NCBI RefSeq assembly: GCF_009914755.1
Contig: NC_060927.1
Source of the DNA: the human T2T-CHM13v2.0 reference genome, Homo sapiens
DNA: 64,000 bases
Direction: 5' to 3' (one strand)
Shown: one piece after another, positions 27,301 to 39,699 of the stretch
Position numbering within the stretch: position 1 is the first letter of the stretch
Layout: each line of letters begins with the position of its first letter
Position numbers and translations under genes: made by a program
Notes under the pieces: generated by a model
Database searches by the model: none
Told to the model about the DNA's origin: nothing
The model's input: the letters and a program-made list of their open reading frames with translations, nothing else

Positions 27301-28309
27301 TCCCTTCAGTCGTAAAGTTCTCATCTCTGGAAGTTAGATTTGGGCCTTTAAAAAGTATCTTTCATGTCTCTACTTAATTTTAATTGAATACAGTTAGTAT
27401 AACCATTTTATTACTTTCTGCTACTTCTAATAATTAATTGTGTTATTTTGGGGATCAGTTTCATTTTACTGATTTTTCTCTTCTTGCTTGGTATCTTTGC
27501 TTTCATGCTTGGTAATCGTTGATTTGCATGTTTCATAAACTTTGATGGGATGTCATGCATCATTAGTTTTACCTTTCTGAGTGCTAGATATGTTTTGTAT
27601 TTCTATAAGTATTCTTGAATGTCATTCCAGGATGCAGTTAAGTTACTTGGAAACAGTTATATCCTTTCTGGTTTTCCTTTTATGACTTGTTCACTGGGTT
27701 TCAGTTTAGTGCTATAAGTTAATTTTTCCTCACCACTGATGCAAGACCTTTCTGAGTATTCCACCAAATCACCTGTATATAATAAATGTTCTGAGTCTGG
27801 CTGGTAGGAAAAGGCATGCTTCCTAACCCTGTGTTAGTGCTAGGGCATTGTTCCTGAGGTTTTCTTCCCCTGGCTTTGGATAGTTACCTCACATTGATCA
27901 TCTCTCTGCATGATACTTGGGGAGATCCTTTGTGGATTTTCCAGGTCCTGCTTCTGTGCAATACTCTCTTCTTTGATAGTCTGTCTTTGGCAGTCTAGTA
28001 GCCTGTCTTCCCTGCACTCTCAGCTCTGTCTCTTCAACTCAGGGATTTCACTGGGATCCTCCTGAATTCTCCCTCATCATGCCATGGTCCAAGAATTCTC
28101 TCAGGGTAGTAAATAAAATCAAGTGTAAATTTCACTTCATATGTCTCCCATCTCTCGGGGATCCCTGTAATTTGTTGACTTGTGTCCAGTGTTCTGAAAA
28201 ACATCATTTTATATGTTTTGTCTGTTTTTTTTTGGAGGGCGTATTGCTTCAGGTGGGATGGTAAATCTAGTTATTGTTACTTCATCTTGGGTGAAATCAG
28301 GAGATTATA

Positions 28310-28392
28310 AAATATAACTTTTAAATATTTAAAAATATTGCATGGGGGCTTCCATTTGTACTATTGCCGTGGATTCAACAAATGTTAGGGCA
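28310..28392 (-). mobile_element. MER96B-like hAT terminal fragment
   Basis: ataacttttaaatattta...ggcttccatttgtactattgcc...caaatgttaggg resembles the remembered MER96B end. Confidence 0.5.
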
Positions 28393-28824
28393 TACATAAA
28401 ATAATGTGAGACAGGAGTATAAAAATATAAGGGAAAAAGAGAGATAATGTAAGTAATAATAAAGAATTATTATTATCTTTTAAAATTTTTATAGAAAGGA
28501 GATAATATAGGATGTTGGAAGAGTGGGTTAAAAACTGGTAATACATGTTGTCGATATTTAGAGATATTGTTGATTAATGACTTGTAAAAGGCTTACTGAA
28601 CCATACCATAGAACAGTTGCTATTTTAAGGCCTGAAATTAATGATTGTATTAATTCCCTGAGTTATATAATTTTTCCACCAGTTTCCAGCAGACTTGTTG
28701 TGGAGCAGAGAAGTTAGTTGGCTAAATTTATCTATGTGGAAAATACAATGAAGCACAGATTTTAGACTGGATATGGAAGAAATTATAAGAAAATTAACAA
28801 ATTTAGGAATAAATGAGTGAAAAA

Positions 28825-29080
28825 TAGCTAACATTTATTTAGCACCTACAATGTGCCACACCTACACTCTGCTAACTGTTCCAGATTATCTCATTTTATT
28901 TTCGTAACAAATTTAGTATGCAGTTATGAGTATCTGCTAGATTAAATATAATTCCAATTTCTTTAGATAAGGAAATTGAGGCCTTGCCCAAGTTTACACA
29001 GCTAGGAAGTGTCTGATCCAGGATGTGGATCCAAGCAGCCTGATTTAAGAGCCCACACACTTAATCACTGACTATATTGC
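28825..29080 (-). mobile_element. MIR
   Basis: atagctaacatttatttagcacctac...gataaggaaattgaggc...cttgcccaag. Confidence 0.8.
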
Positions 29081-30705
29081 CAACGAGTTTAAAATAGAAA
29101 TAGATCAAAATATACAAGACAGCTGGAAGGATTAGAGGATATGGTCAGAAAGCAGAACATTACTGTTAACAATACCAGGGAAAGAACAGCTTTGAGTAAT
29201 TTTAAATCTAAATGAAGTAGAATTGAAGTGAATGTAGTTAGAACTGAGGTAAATTAATAACTTTTAGGCAGGATTTTTGATCATTCATATTTATGGACAT
29301 TCAGATCACCCATGATATTGGCTGAAATGGAGGTGGAGGGTAAGACTATGGGAATTTTTTGTACTTTGTCATATTGAATGAGTTTCTTTGGGCCTTAAGG
29401 AAAATTTAAGAAGTTGAGGGACACCTCATTTTATGGGTAAGGAAACATTCCCAGGTCCTCAGCCTGCCATCAGAAAATCTAATAAATGGATGGATTCGCT
29501 TTTCTGGAGCTCATTACTTGTCATCACTCCTAAAGTAATCTGGGTCTTGGTCATGTATCCCTTCCCAAGAAAAGATCCTTATATCATTGTTTAGAACTTA
29601 ATCTTTATGCAGTGCCCCTTTTGGCTTCTTTGGCTAGTTCCTTCACCAGTGATAGAGAGGAACTCCAATACCTTCTAGGTATAGGGTCACCTGAAGCTTC
29701 TTCTTGTAACAGAGGAATGTACGAGAATGAGTCTATATCAAAGGGCCAATGCCTGTGGAATCCCCAAGTTTCTTGGCTGTTGATTTAATATTTATGTGAT
29801 AATCTCATGGAAGATCAGCCCTGTAATACCATTTTAACTCAGGGAAACATATTATTATTATCATTTTAATGATGTACTCTTTTAAGGGGGTTATTATTTA
29901 CTTAAATTTTCTGATGAGGATTGAATGAAAAGGTGGTGCCAATTTCAGACTAAGAAAGGAGATCATCATCAATGTATACTGTACCCAACGAGATTATAAT
30001 GTGAAAATCTGTCCAAACGTTACTGCATTTTGGCAATATTCTCTCTTTCATCTGATTTTGTTTAGTGTGGTTTTCCTGCTCTGTAGCATTTGCTCCTTGG
30101 CAGAGGATTTTAAACTCCAGCACTTTGAGGTCCCACAGACCTACAGACTTGTGCCAGGTCGTGGATTTTCATTTGTGGCCAGTTCCATGATTAAAATGCT
30201 TCAGAGCACAGGAGTGACAAGGCAACACTGGCATTCCAGTTTAGGCAGTTTGTACAATGGCTAAGCCACAGTTGTATATGGGTATCTTGTTGTCATCATG
30301 TTCTGGAGTGAGTCAACTGAAAACCAGATGAAGCTGGGAAGACTTAAAATCAACCTATAAAGCAAATTATGAGAGAAAAATTTATTTTTCTAAAAGAGAT
30401 TTGAAATTTTCATGTCAACAAATACTTAAGTTTGATTTGCAAATGATTCTTGAAGTTAAAAACAGAATACTTTATATCCTCAAGCTATAATTCTGTGTCC
30501 CCTACCATGTTTATATTTTAGCAGAGAATGGATACATATAGGATAACTTTAATTAGAGTGTTAAAGTTACAACCAATTTCTAGGATTAAGAAAGAGAAAC
30601 AGGTAGTGGTTATATTGAAGGAGGGGGAAGGCAAGGCAAAGTAAGGGCAAAATATGTAATTGGAGTGAATGCAAAGGACAAGGAAATCTTTCTTAAATAG
30701 GGGCA

Positions 30706-31066
30706 TGTATTAGTCTGTTTTCACACTGCTGAAAAAGACGTAACTGAGACTTGGTAATTTATAAAGAAAAAGAGGTTTAATGAACTCACAGTTCCACATG
30801 GCTGGGGAGGCCTCACAATCATGGCTGAAGGCGAAAGGCACTTCTTACATGGCAGCAGCAAGACAGAATGAGAGCCAAGTGAAAGGGGAAGCCACTTATA
30901 AAATCATCCGATCTCTTGAGACTTATTCACTACCATGAGAAGAGTATAGGGGAAACCGCCACCATGATTCAATTGTCTCCCACAGGGTCCCTCCCACAAT
31001 ACATGGGAATTATGGGAACTACAATTTAAGATGAGATTTGGGTGGGGACACAGCCAAACCATATCA
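30706..31066 (-). mobile_element. THE1B-like solo LTR, complete
   Basis: tgtattagtctgtt...cagccaaaccatatca with perfect 5-bp TSD gggca on both sides. Confidence 0.96.
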
Positions 31067-32126
31067 GGGCATAATCAATATTGTAAGTTTAAATTTTATT
31101 TTCAGAAACTTAACTTGTGCTTGAACCTGCTCCCTCATTGTTATCAAAAGGACCTTCCCGATATACACAAATAGAAAACGAAATAAAAGTGAAAAGAAGA
31201 GTCAAATAGTTTTGGGGGAAGCCAAAGCTTCATTTGTGAAAGTCATTCTCAGAGCAATCCTTAATTATGTATGAGGGCACTGGTTATTTAAGGCTGAGGT
31301 ACAGAAGGTGTCATAGGGTCAGAGACAAGGAAATTGGGGAAAGAAAGCAGTAAAGATAATGCTTGAGATTATGAGAGTGGCTTAACACATGATGTTTTAT
31401 TTTTCATGCATTATTGTCCTACAATATTTGTAATTAAGATAAAAAAAGATTTTGGAGATAAGAACAACAACAAAAAATAAGTTATAAGGGGTCTCCACAT
31501 TGTACATATACACTTCCTTAACACTCAGAAATCTGTGTTTTCAAAACTGGCCTTTAACTTTGTTGAAGACAGTGCTTTGGAAAACAGATCCCTAAGTCTG
31601 AACAGGTTAATGCAAGCCGTTCACACCAACAAAACGCACATGGCCCTTTTCAACACTCAGGAATGATCCATCTGATACTGCTGAACAGAACTCCTGTGTT
31701 ATCTAAATAATTTGTTCTTTGGGCATATGAACCATTGCTAATTTGCAAAGGCTGGTTGAACTAAACCTCATTTGGAACGCACTTATTAAAAATGCAAATC
31801 TTTTGAGTAATGGTTAAGGGGATAGTATTTGGTTTATTTTTCAAGAAAAAAGATTTGTTATCAGGAATTTGACCTTTAATCCTAGTTTTAAAGTAGCAGT
31901 GAGCGTTCTGTTGTGAAAATGAATATACCAATATTTTGGAGGTATAAATTTCCAAAGAATTATGGGGATCAAAAAGTATGAGCTAAACAATGTGGACTTC
32001 AGACAATGTCATTAACATTTTCTCTTATAAGTAAACTAGTTTTATAATGTAAGTTTGAAGGAATTCTATTCTAATAGGGAATGAGTTTCATTGTTAAAAC
32101 TGTTTGCAGCCAAACTGAGATGTCTT

Positions 32127-33250
32127 TCAGTTAATAATCATTTATTGAGGGCCTACTAGTTGCCAGGTCCTCTTCTAGGCACTGGGGATACAGTAGTAAC
32201 AAGACAGAGCATTTGCCTTCAAGCAGGTGACATTTTTGCTGGAAAAGATGGACAAAACAAAGGGAAAATTGAAGTTATATAATATCACATAATGATAAGT
32301 TCAAAATAGAAAAGTTGGCTAGAGAGTGATCGAGAGACTATTTTAGTTAGGCTGGTTGGAAAAACACTGTCTGAAGAGGCATTTGAATTGAGGTTTCAAT
32401 GCCATAGAGACAGACAAATTAAGATTTGGAGAAAGAGACCTTAAGAAGTAGTAGTAATAATTGAAAATATCTTAAATCAGAAACAAGTTTGGCATTTCTG
32501 TGGTGGAAAGAATGCCAGTATGATTTCCTCCACAAGAAACAAACAAACAAAAAATTCCTATAGGTTTAAGTAATTAGGATACTTTTTCACTCATATAACT
32601 AGAACTGCAAAGGTCAGGTTGTTTTCAGGATTGTTTGATCCCATGATTCGGAATCCAGAGTTTATTTCTTCTTTTATTTTCTTTCCCAATGTGTTTGCAT
32701 TGACCTTTGATCTGTACCCCTTGAAGGGCAGTTCACTTTGTGATTTTAGGGTGGATGCCAGTAGCTAACAGATCTTCCTCATTCAAGTTTAGAGGGCAAG
32801 AAAGTTGATTCCAGAAAGTCTCTTGGAAGAGTGGGGAGGAACTTTCTCACAAGCTCTGTAAACCTCTCCTCACATGTTCCTCAAATCTTCCAAATGATCA
32901 ATCCTGAAATAATCACTGGTGGGGGAAAGATCTACCCTTAGGTAAATCAGGCCCACATCTAGGTATGACTGAGAAGAGGAACCCTATACTCCCCACAATC
33001 CTGAGACACATAACCTTCATGGCAAAAAGAAGGACATGAAATAAAATTTATTTTTGGAGGGCAAGGATTGGGGAAATTACTGGTTAGGCAACCTATTGAT
33101 TATCAGCTACAGCTACTATGGCTATAGCATAGTGAACAAAAAGGAGAGTGAAAAGAAATGAGACAAGCTGTTTAGGCAGAGGTTAGAGAATGAACGGCCT
33201 TGTAGGATATTGACTTTGTATTCTGCTGTAGTTGAAGGAAAAATAAATTT
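32127..33250 (-). mobile_element. L2 3' portion, interrupted at about 32520-33110 by an old LTR-like segment
   Basis: catttattgagggcctactagttgccagg...ctaggcactggggatacagtagtaacaagacaga; L2 motifs resume near 33120. Confidence 0.7.
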
Positions 33251-34083
33251 TTGGATTTGCAAGTTTGTGTGTGTGTGTGTGTTGTGTGACAAATTCGGAC
33301 TATTTTTCTTGCAGAAAACAATTACAGAAACTGGAAAATCATTAAAAACAGTAATTTGAAGGCACTGGAAAATAACCAAAGGAAGACAAAAACTTCAGAA
33401 GAGTTTATTACTGAAAGACTGCTACAGCGTCAGGTAGAAAGTGTAACATTGTGGCTTGTTATTGCAAAACCTCAGCCTACATGACTCAGTTTCAGGGCAG
33501 AAGAATTGCTGAATACCTAAGGGAAAATTCTAGAAGGAGGAGCACCACCAAAGAGCTGAAATGAGCAAAAATTTTGCAAAATTTCTGGATGAACCCAGGG
33601 AGTTTGTTGACAAAGCAGGGAGAGAGTAGAGGTGGGCCTGTTCCTGAAAGACAGAATTGCTTCTGGTGAGATACTGGAGTTTGTCCTGTCTTTGATTGAG
33701 TACATTCCCTGGCCACACACAGTTTGGGTGGCAGAAAACAGAAGCCTTATTAGATTGATTTGTTACAAGGTAGAATTCTGGCATAAGAAGAGCAACTGGA
33801 AGTTTACTAGGGGGACCTAGAGGCAAGAAACCACCAAAAGGGTGAGCCTTTAAATCTGAGCGTAAACTCAGATTTGGCAGACTCCTAAACAAAACAGACA
33901 AGGCGGAGGCCACCAGGGTCCTAGGCTGAAAAAGCAGCAACTGGAATCCAAGAACACTTGGCAGTATATCAGCTTCTTCACACCATGGGGGAGACAAATT
34001 TCAGTTTGATTCCAGGCAAGTTAGTGGCTTATGGAACCAAAACCTAGCAATCCTATGAAGAAGAAAGGAGATTTCAGAGCCAC

Positions 34084-34547
34084 TATAACACACCAGCTGT
34101 GCCAGCCTAAATAACAGACAGGAGACACTATGAAAGAAAATAATATTTATTTGGAATGGGCATTGCAATGGGATACAGGTGCCATAGTAAACTATATGCA
34201 TATTCAGGGAGATAAAGAAAAGACTGAGGTTTTAAAAGGAAAAATTAGAAACATTACATGATTATTTTGAGATAATTATCCTTGAATACAAGGATCAATA
34301 ACAAAAGTGACATCAGTCAAAGGTTGGACTAGCAGTGGCTAGACAGATATATTCACAGAAGTAATTTTTGCGTAAGATCTCAATGACTTCTGTGCAAAGT
34401 TGTGTTTTTTTGTAGCTTTTCATGATAGTTTTTGTTATTCAGCATTCACACATGAGAACCCTCCCTTCCATGAAGGGACACTTCATGGCCTTCCCTGGCT
34501 CCATTTTTCTCCCTTCCTTCCTTTCTTTCTCTCTCTCTTTCTTTCTT

Positions 34548-34580
<33 letters not shown>

Positions 34581-34654
34581 TCTCTCTCTCTTCTTTCTTT
34601 CTTCATTTTTTGAAAAAACACAAGTAAATCCATTTTGATTCTGCAACTTTCACA
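34084..34654 (-). mobile_element. MER67-family ERV1 LTR
   Basis: Reverse complement begins tgtgaaagttgcagaatcaaaatgg and contains gagccagggaaggccatgaag. Confidence 0.8.
34508..34604. repeat. (CT)n/(CTTT)n polypyrimidine microsatellite inside MER67
   Basis: Read directly; explains the four low-complexity ORFs at 34400-34687. Confidence 0.95.
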
Positions 34655-34656
34655 TC

Positions 34657-35060
34657 TGTTATGGATTGAATGTTTGTGTCCCCCCAAATTTATATGTTAA
34701 AGCTCTAACCCCCAATGTGACTGTATTTGGAGATGGAACCAATTAGTCCCAAGGAACTAATTAAATTTAAATGAGGTTGCAAAAGTGGAGCCTTGATTTG
34801 ATAAGATTATTTTCTTTATGAGAAGAGACACTGGAGAATTCTTGCTCTCTTTCTCCTTGCACGCACATAGAGAAAAGGCCAGGTGAGAACATAATGAGAA
34901 AGTAGCCCTCTGAAAGCCAGGAAGAGACACTAGATACTGAATCAGCCAGCACCTTCCTCTTTGACTTTTAGCTTTCAGAAATGAGAAAATAAATTTATGT
35001 TGTTTAAACCAACCACTCTATGGTATTTGGTTATGGCAGCCTGAGCAAATGGTCATGACA
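34657..35060 (+). mobile_element. MLT1A-class MaLR solo LTR
   Basis: tgttatggattgaatgtttgtgtcccccc...aataaatttatgttgtttaa...ggtatttggttatggcagcctgagc. Confidence 0.88.
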
Positions 35061-36164
35061 AGTTTGCAACAAGAAATTACTAGCCATAGAAATAAGAAAT
35101 ATGAAATAAAATGGAAAGTGTGATGCATATGCAGGAAGAAACCCATCCAGCAATGCAAACTGATTGCAAGTGGGTCAGAATGTCAAATTAACACAGACAT
35201 CAAAGCAGCTATTATAAGTTTTCAATAAAGAAAAATATGTTCAAAGATAGAAGGGAAATGAGTTATTGCAGAGTAAACAGGGAATTTAATAGAGAAATGA
35301 AAACTAAAACTAAAATATAACCAAATGGAAATTTTAAAATTGAAGATTACCATAACTGAAAATAAAAATACCTTAGATGGGTTCAAAAGTAGATTGGAGA
35401 TGGCAGAGAATAAGTTAGTTAACATGAACATAGTTCAATATCCAACACAAAGGGCAGAAATAAAAATAAAGAAAAATGAACAAAGCTTCCTCAGAGGCTG
35501 GTGAAAAAGTATCATCTGGTTCAACACATGCGTAATTGGAGTCAAAAAGGAACAAAAGAAAGAAAGGGACAGAAAAATATTTCCAGAGATGATGGCAGAA
35601 AACTTCTGATATTTGAAGACAAATATGAACTTATACCTACAGGAAGTTCAGTGTGTCCCAAATTGCAAAATAATGAAAACCACATCTACACATATTATAG
35701 TTAAAATGTTGAGAATCAAACATTAAATGGAATACATTGAAAGCAGCAAAGGAAAAATAAATCAATTACATACAGGGGACTATGATAAAATTATAAGCTG
35801 ACTTCTTATCAGAAATAATAGAGGCCAGGAGGCATTAGAATGACATATTCAAAGTGCTTAAAGAACAACAATGACAAAAAGATTAACTGAGATTTCTATA
35901 CCCAGCCAAGCTGTCTCTCAAAATGAGTTTCCAATAAACAAAAGTTGAGATAGTTTGTTGCACCAGTGAAAACAAGACCTTCAGGCTGAAAAGTAATCAG
36001 TCATAAAGGAAAGAACAAAAAGGGCCAGATATTATACATTATTGCCAATATATAAGTAGATATTTATAGCTATCTCTTAATTTTCAATTTTTTAAAAGAT
36101 CTATGGCTATGTAAAGCCAAATTTATAACATTATATGGTTAAGTTTATAACACACATTGATGTA

Positions 36165-36270
36165 TTAGGTTGGTGCAAAAGTAATTGTGTTTTTTGCCAT
36201 TACTTTTATGCAAAAGTTTTGGCAATTACTTTTAATGGCAAAAACTGCAATTACCTTTGCACCAATCTAA
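36165..36270. mobile_element. MADE1 MITE (Hsmar1-derived) with expanded centre
   Basis: ttaggttggtgcaaaagtaattg...caattacctttgcaccaatctaa inverted arms; TA before and CA after. Confidence 0.95.
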
Positions 36271-38024
36271 CATTATATATGAAAATGATAACACAAAGGA
36301 CGAGGGCATTAAATGAAACTATATTGTTACAAGCTTCCTATATATCACCAAAAATGTCAATATTTAAATATATTGAAATAATTTAAAGATTAGTGTTAAT
36401 ATCCTAGAGCAATCATTAAAAAACATAAAGAAATTTAGCTAATAATACACAAGAAAAGTTAAGTTATATGACAAAAAATTTGTTTAACCCAAAGAAGGGA
36501 GGAAGAAGGGAACAAAATACAAGTGAGGCAAGCAAATGATGAATAGCAAAATGGCAGAAATAAGTCCAGGCATATTGATTAATTACCTTAAATGTAAACA
36601 AACTTCAATCAATAGAGATTGTCACAATAGATAAAAAAAGCAAGACCCACATATATCTTGCCTACGAGAGATGTATTTTGTTTAATTTTTTATATTGCAT
36701 TTTAAATATAAGTATGTTGAAAGTAAAAAAATAGAAAAACCATAATGTGCAAATGGTAAGCATATGAGAGCTGAAGTGGCTACAGTAACATCACATTAAA
36801 TAGATTTAACACAAGGATTATTACTAGAGACAGAGGTGGATATTTCCTAATAAAAGTTTTGATACAACAGAAAGATATAACAATTATAAATGTGAATTCA
36901 TCTACTAAGAGACCTGCAAAATACTTGAAGAAAAACTTGGATAGAACTACAAGAAATAATAGACAAATTAACAATTACAGCTGTAAATTATGTTTCTCTT
37001 CAGTAATTGATAGAACAAGTTTACAGAAATTCAGTAAAGATATAGAAAAATTAAACAATACTCTCAGATGATTTGACCTAATTGTTATTTATAAAATACT
37101 CTAGCCAGCAACAGTAGAATATATTTCTCTTCAGAAGAACATGGGACATTTAGCAAATTAGACTATATTCTGAGCAATAAAACACTGTATTAATACATTC
37201 AAAAGGATTGAACTTACCAAAAGTATATTATCTGACCACAGTGGAACCAGATTAAAAATTAATAGTAAAGAAATATGGAAAATCACATGTGTTTGAAAGT
37301 CAACTAATAAACTCTAAAAATAATCAATGGATTAAAGAAGAAATAAAAGAAAATTCAAGAAATTTTGAAGTGAATGAAATTGAAATCACAAAATTTAAAA
37401 TATCAAATTTTTTGGGATATAATAAAGTGGTGTTTAGAGAAAAATTTGTAACAATAAATTCTTCCCCCACAAAAGAAGAGAGATTGAAAGTCAAAGCTTC
37501 TGCTTTCATGGGCTGGAAAAAGAATAACAAATTAAATGTAATGAAAGTAAAAAAAAAAAAGGAAATAATGAAGTTAAGAGCAGAAATTACTGAAATAGAA
37601 ATTTTAAATTTTTAGAAATGAATAAAATGGAGAAATGCAATAAAGCCAAAAGTTAATTATTTTCAAAAATAAAAAAACTTGATAACTTGACAGAGCAAGC
37701 AAAAATAAGAAAACACAGATTACCAATATAAAAAATAAAAGATGAGCTATCAGAATAAACAGATTCGAAAGATTAGAGACTCTTATGAACAGCTTTATGC
37801 TAATACATTACAAAAATTAATAAGAAGAAATTTTTGAAAGATAAAAATGATTTGAGATAAAAGAGATAACCTAATAGTCCTGTATTAATAAATAGTGAAT
37901 TATTGAAATTTGTAATTTAAATCCATTTTATCAAGGAACTCTAGGTATGTATGGCTTCTTTGGTAAATCCTATCAAATATTTAAGGAATAAACAATACCA
38001 ATTCTATACAGATTCCTTTAGGAA

Positions 38025-38430
38025 AGGATCACTTAGCTGTTGGATGGAGAACAGATTACACACAAGCAAGGGTTGAAGCAGGAAGGCTGGTTAAGATCCT
38101 ATTAAAATAGTGCACATTAAGTTGATGGTGAATTAAATTAAGGTTGTAGCAGTGAAATTGGCCATTGTGGTTTAACTAAGGACATATTTTGGAGGAAGAG
38201 CTGTATATTTCGGTGCGAGGCAGTAATGAAGAATTCTAGTTTGTATGTGTTGAATTCAAGATGCTTCTGAGATAATCAAGTGGAGTTGCCAGCTGGACGT
38301 TTGATGGAATGGTATTGTCTTTAGTGGAGAGTTCCAGGCTGAAGATATGGATTTGGGAGTCATCAACATACAAACAAATTTTACCAAGGAACTGAATGAG
38401 ATCATCTAGGCAATAGGTGTAGATGGAAGA
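38025..38430 (-). mobile_element. L2 fragment
   Basis: gaaaggatcact...atttgggagtcatcaacata...gaatgagatcatctagg. Confidence 0.75.
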
Positions 38431-39699
38431 GTAAATACTGATATGGACACCTTCTTAAAAGTCTACCAGTATTTTTTCCCAATATATCCATTTTATTGTT
38501 TCTCTCTACATACATTTATTTGCTAATGAAAATTGTAAAAACAGCATATCAAAACGTACTTTTATTGCAATTGAAATTTTTGAAACCCAGAAAATTTAAT
38601 TAATTATGCTACAGCCAAACTACCCAATATTTTCTTTACATTATTTCCTCACAAGTTACTTTGCTTTAAATTCTTGAGGTTAGAATTCATCTCACTGACT
38701 TTAGGCTTCTAAAACACATGGGAATACTTGGGATCCACTGTTGCTTCTTTGGGTCAAATAAAAAGTAGAGCTAAAGTATATAGAAGTTATTCAAATATAT
38801 TCCAACTATACAGATTCCCAATGGATGACGACTGGTATCAGGGTAGGAAGGAAAAGATACGAGAAGAAAAAGACATCACAGAACTCATCATAGGTTATCA
38901 AAATTATCAGTATATAGTCTATACTATCATAGAGTAGCCTCCACAACCTCATGCATAAAATTACCGGCAAGAAAGAAAAGTAAAGGAATAAGGTTTAAGG
39001 CTAAGTCACCTCACTGTCATAATTCTCTATTCTAGTATTCTCAGAAGGATCTCATTTGTGATACACAAACTGCAGCCACATTTGAATGGTTCACTTATTG
39101 CTCTATTCTGAATGACTTTCTGTAAGCCCAGTGTCCGTTAGTTCTCTTTCAAACTGAGAAAATCTGTTCAATAAAAAGTATCTCAGTTTTACCATCCTTT
39201 TTTGAACAGATAACATGTCCTTACTACTCTCCTCTTATAAGGCAAGCCATCGCTGATCTCCCGGAAGATTTGTTCTCTTCTATCCTGTTGTTGGGTGAAC
39301 CTTATGGTAGAAGGGAAGGGAATTTGGTACTAGGGTTGAGAGTCAGATTAAAAAGCTATATTAGTATTTTAGAGGAGAAGTTATGAGAGGCCTCTGGTTG
39401 TGAGCACTTGTGAAGACTCTGGGATCAATGTTGGGTTAAGATTTGTGATAGGTCTGTCAGTGATCTAGTCACAGCTCTAAGCATCTCCCTGGTTCTTTGG
39501 ATCCCAGAGGAAAAGTGTTGATACCCCTTCAAATGTATGTAAAATAACCTGGAAATAACTCTATAGCCCAGAAAGGGCCTAAAAACCCAAACTACAGCAA
39601 ACAGTGGGGAAAGGGAGCCTACTAGTATTTTAGAAGCTTACATGAACAAGAGAAGGAAGCAAATGATGTTACTCTATATTCAATATTCTTTATTTCTCA

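Larger units (their letters stand above)
33300..38025 (+). mobile_element. Old L1M (5' region, ORF1, start of ORF2), decayed and carrying nested insertions
   Basis: ORF1-like 35060-36000; endonuclease-like IQQKDITIINV, IDRTSLQKFSKDIEKLNNTL and NNQWIKEEIK in the ORF track. Confidence 0.85.

Noticed and set aside
33530-33997. 155-aa minus-strand ORF
   Set aside because: Antisense to the 5' region of an old L1; no recognisable domain
38728-38937. DDDWYQG, an SH3-like motif in a short ORF
   Set aside because: The other SH3 elements (ALYDY, GxxPxNY) are absent and the splice context is weak
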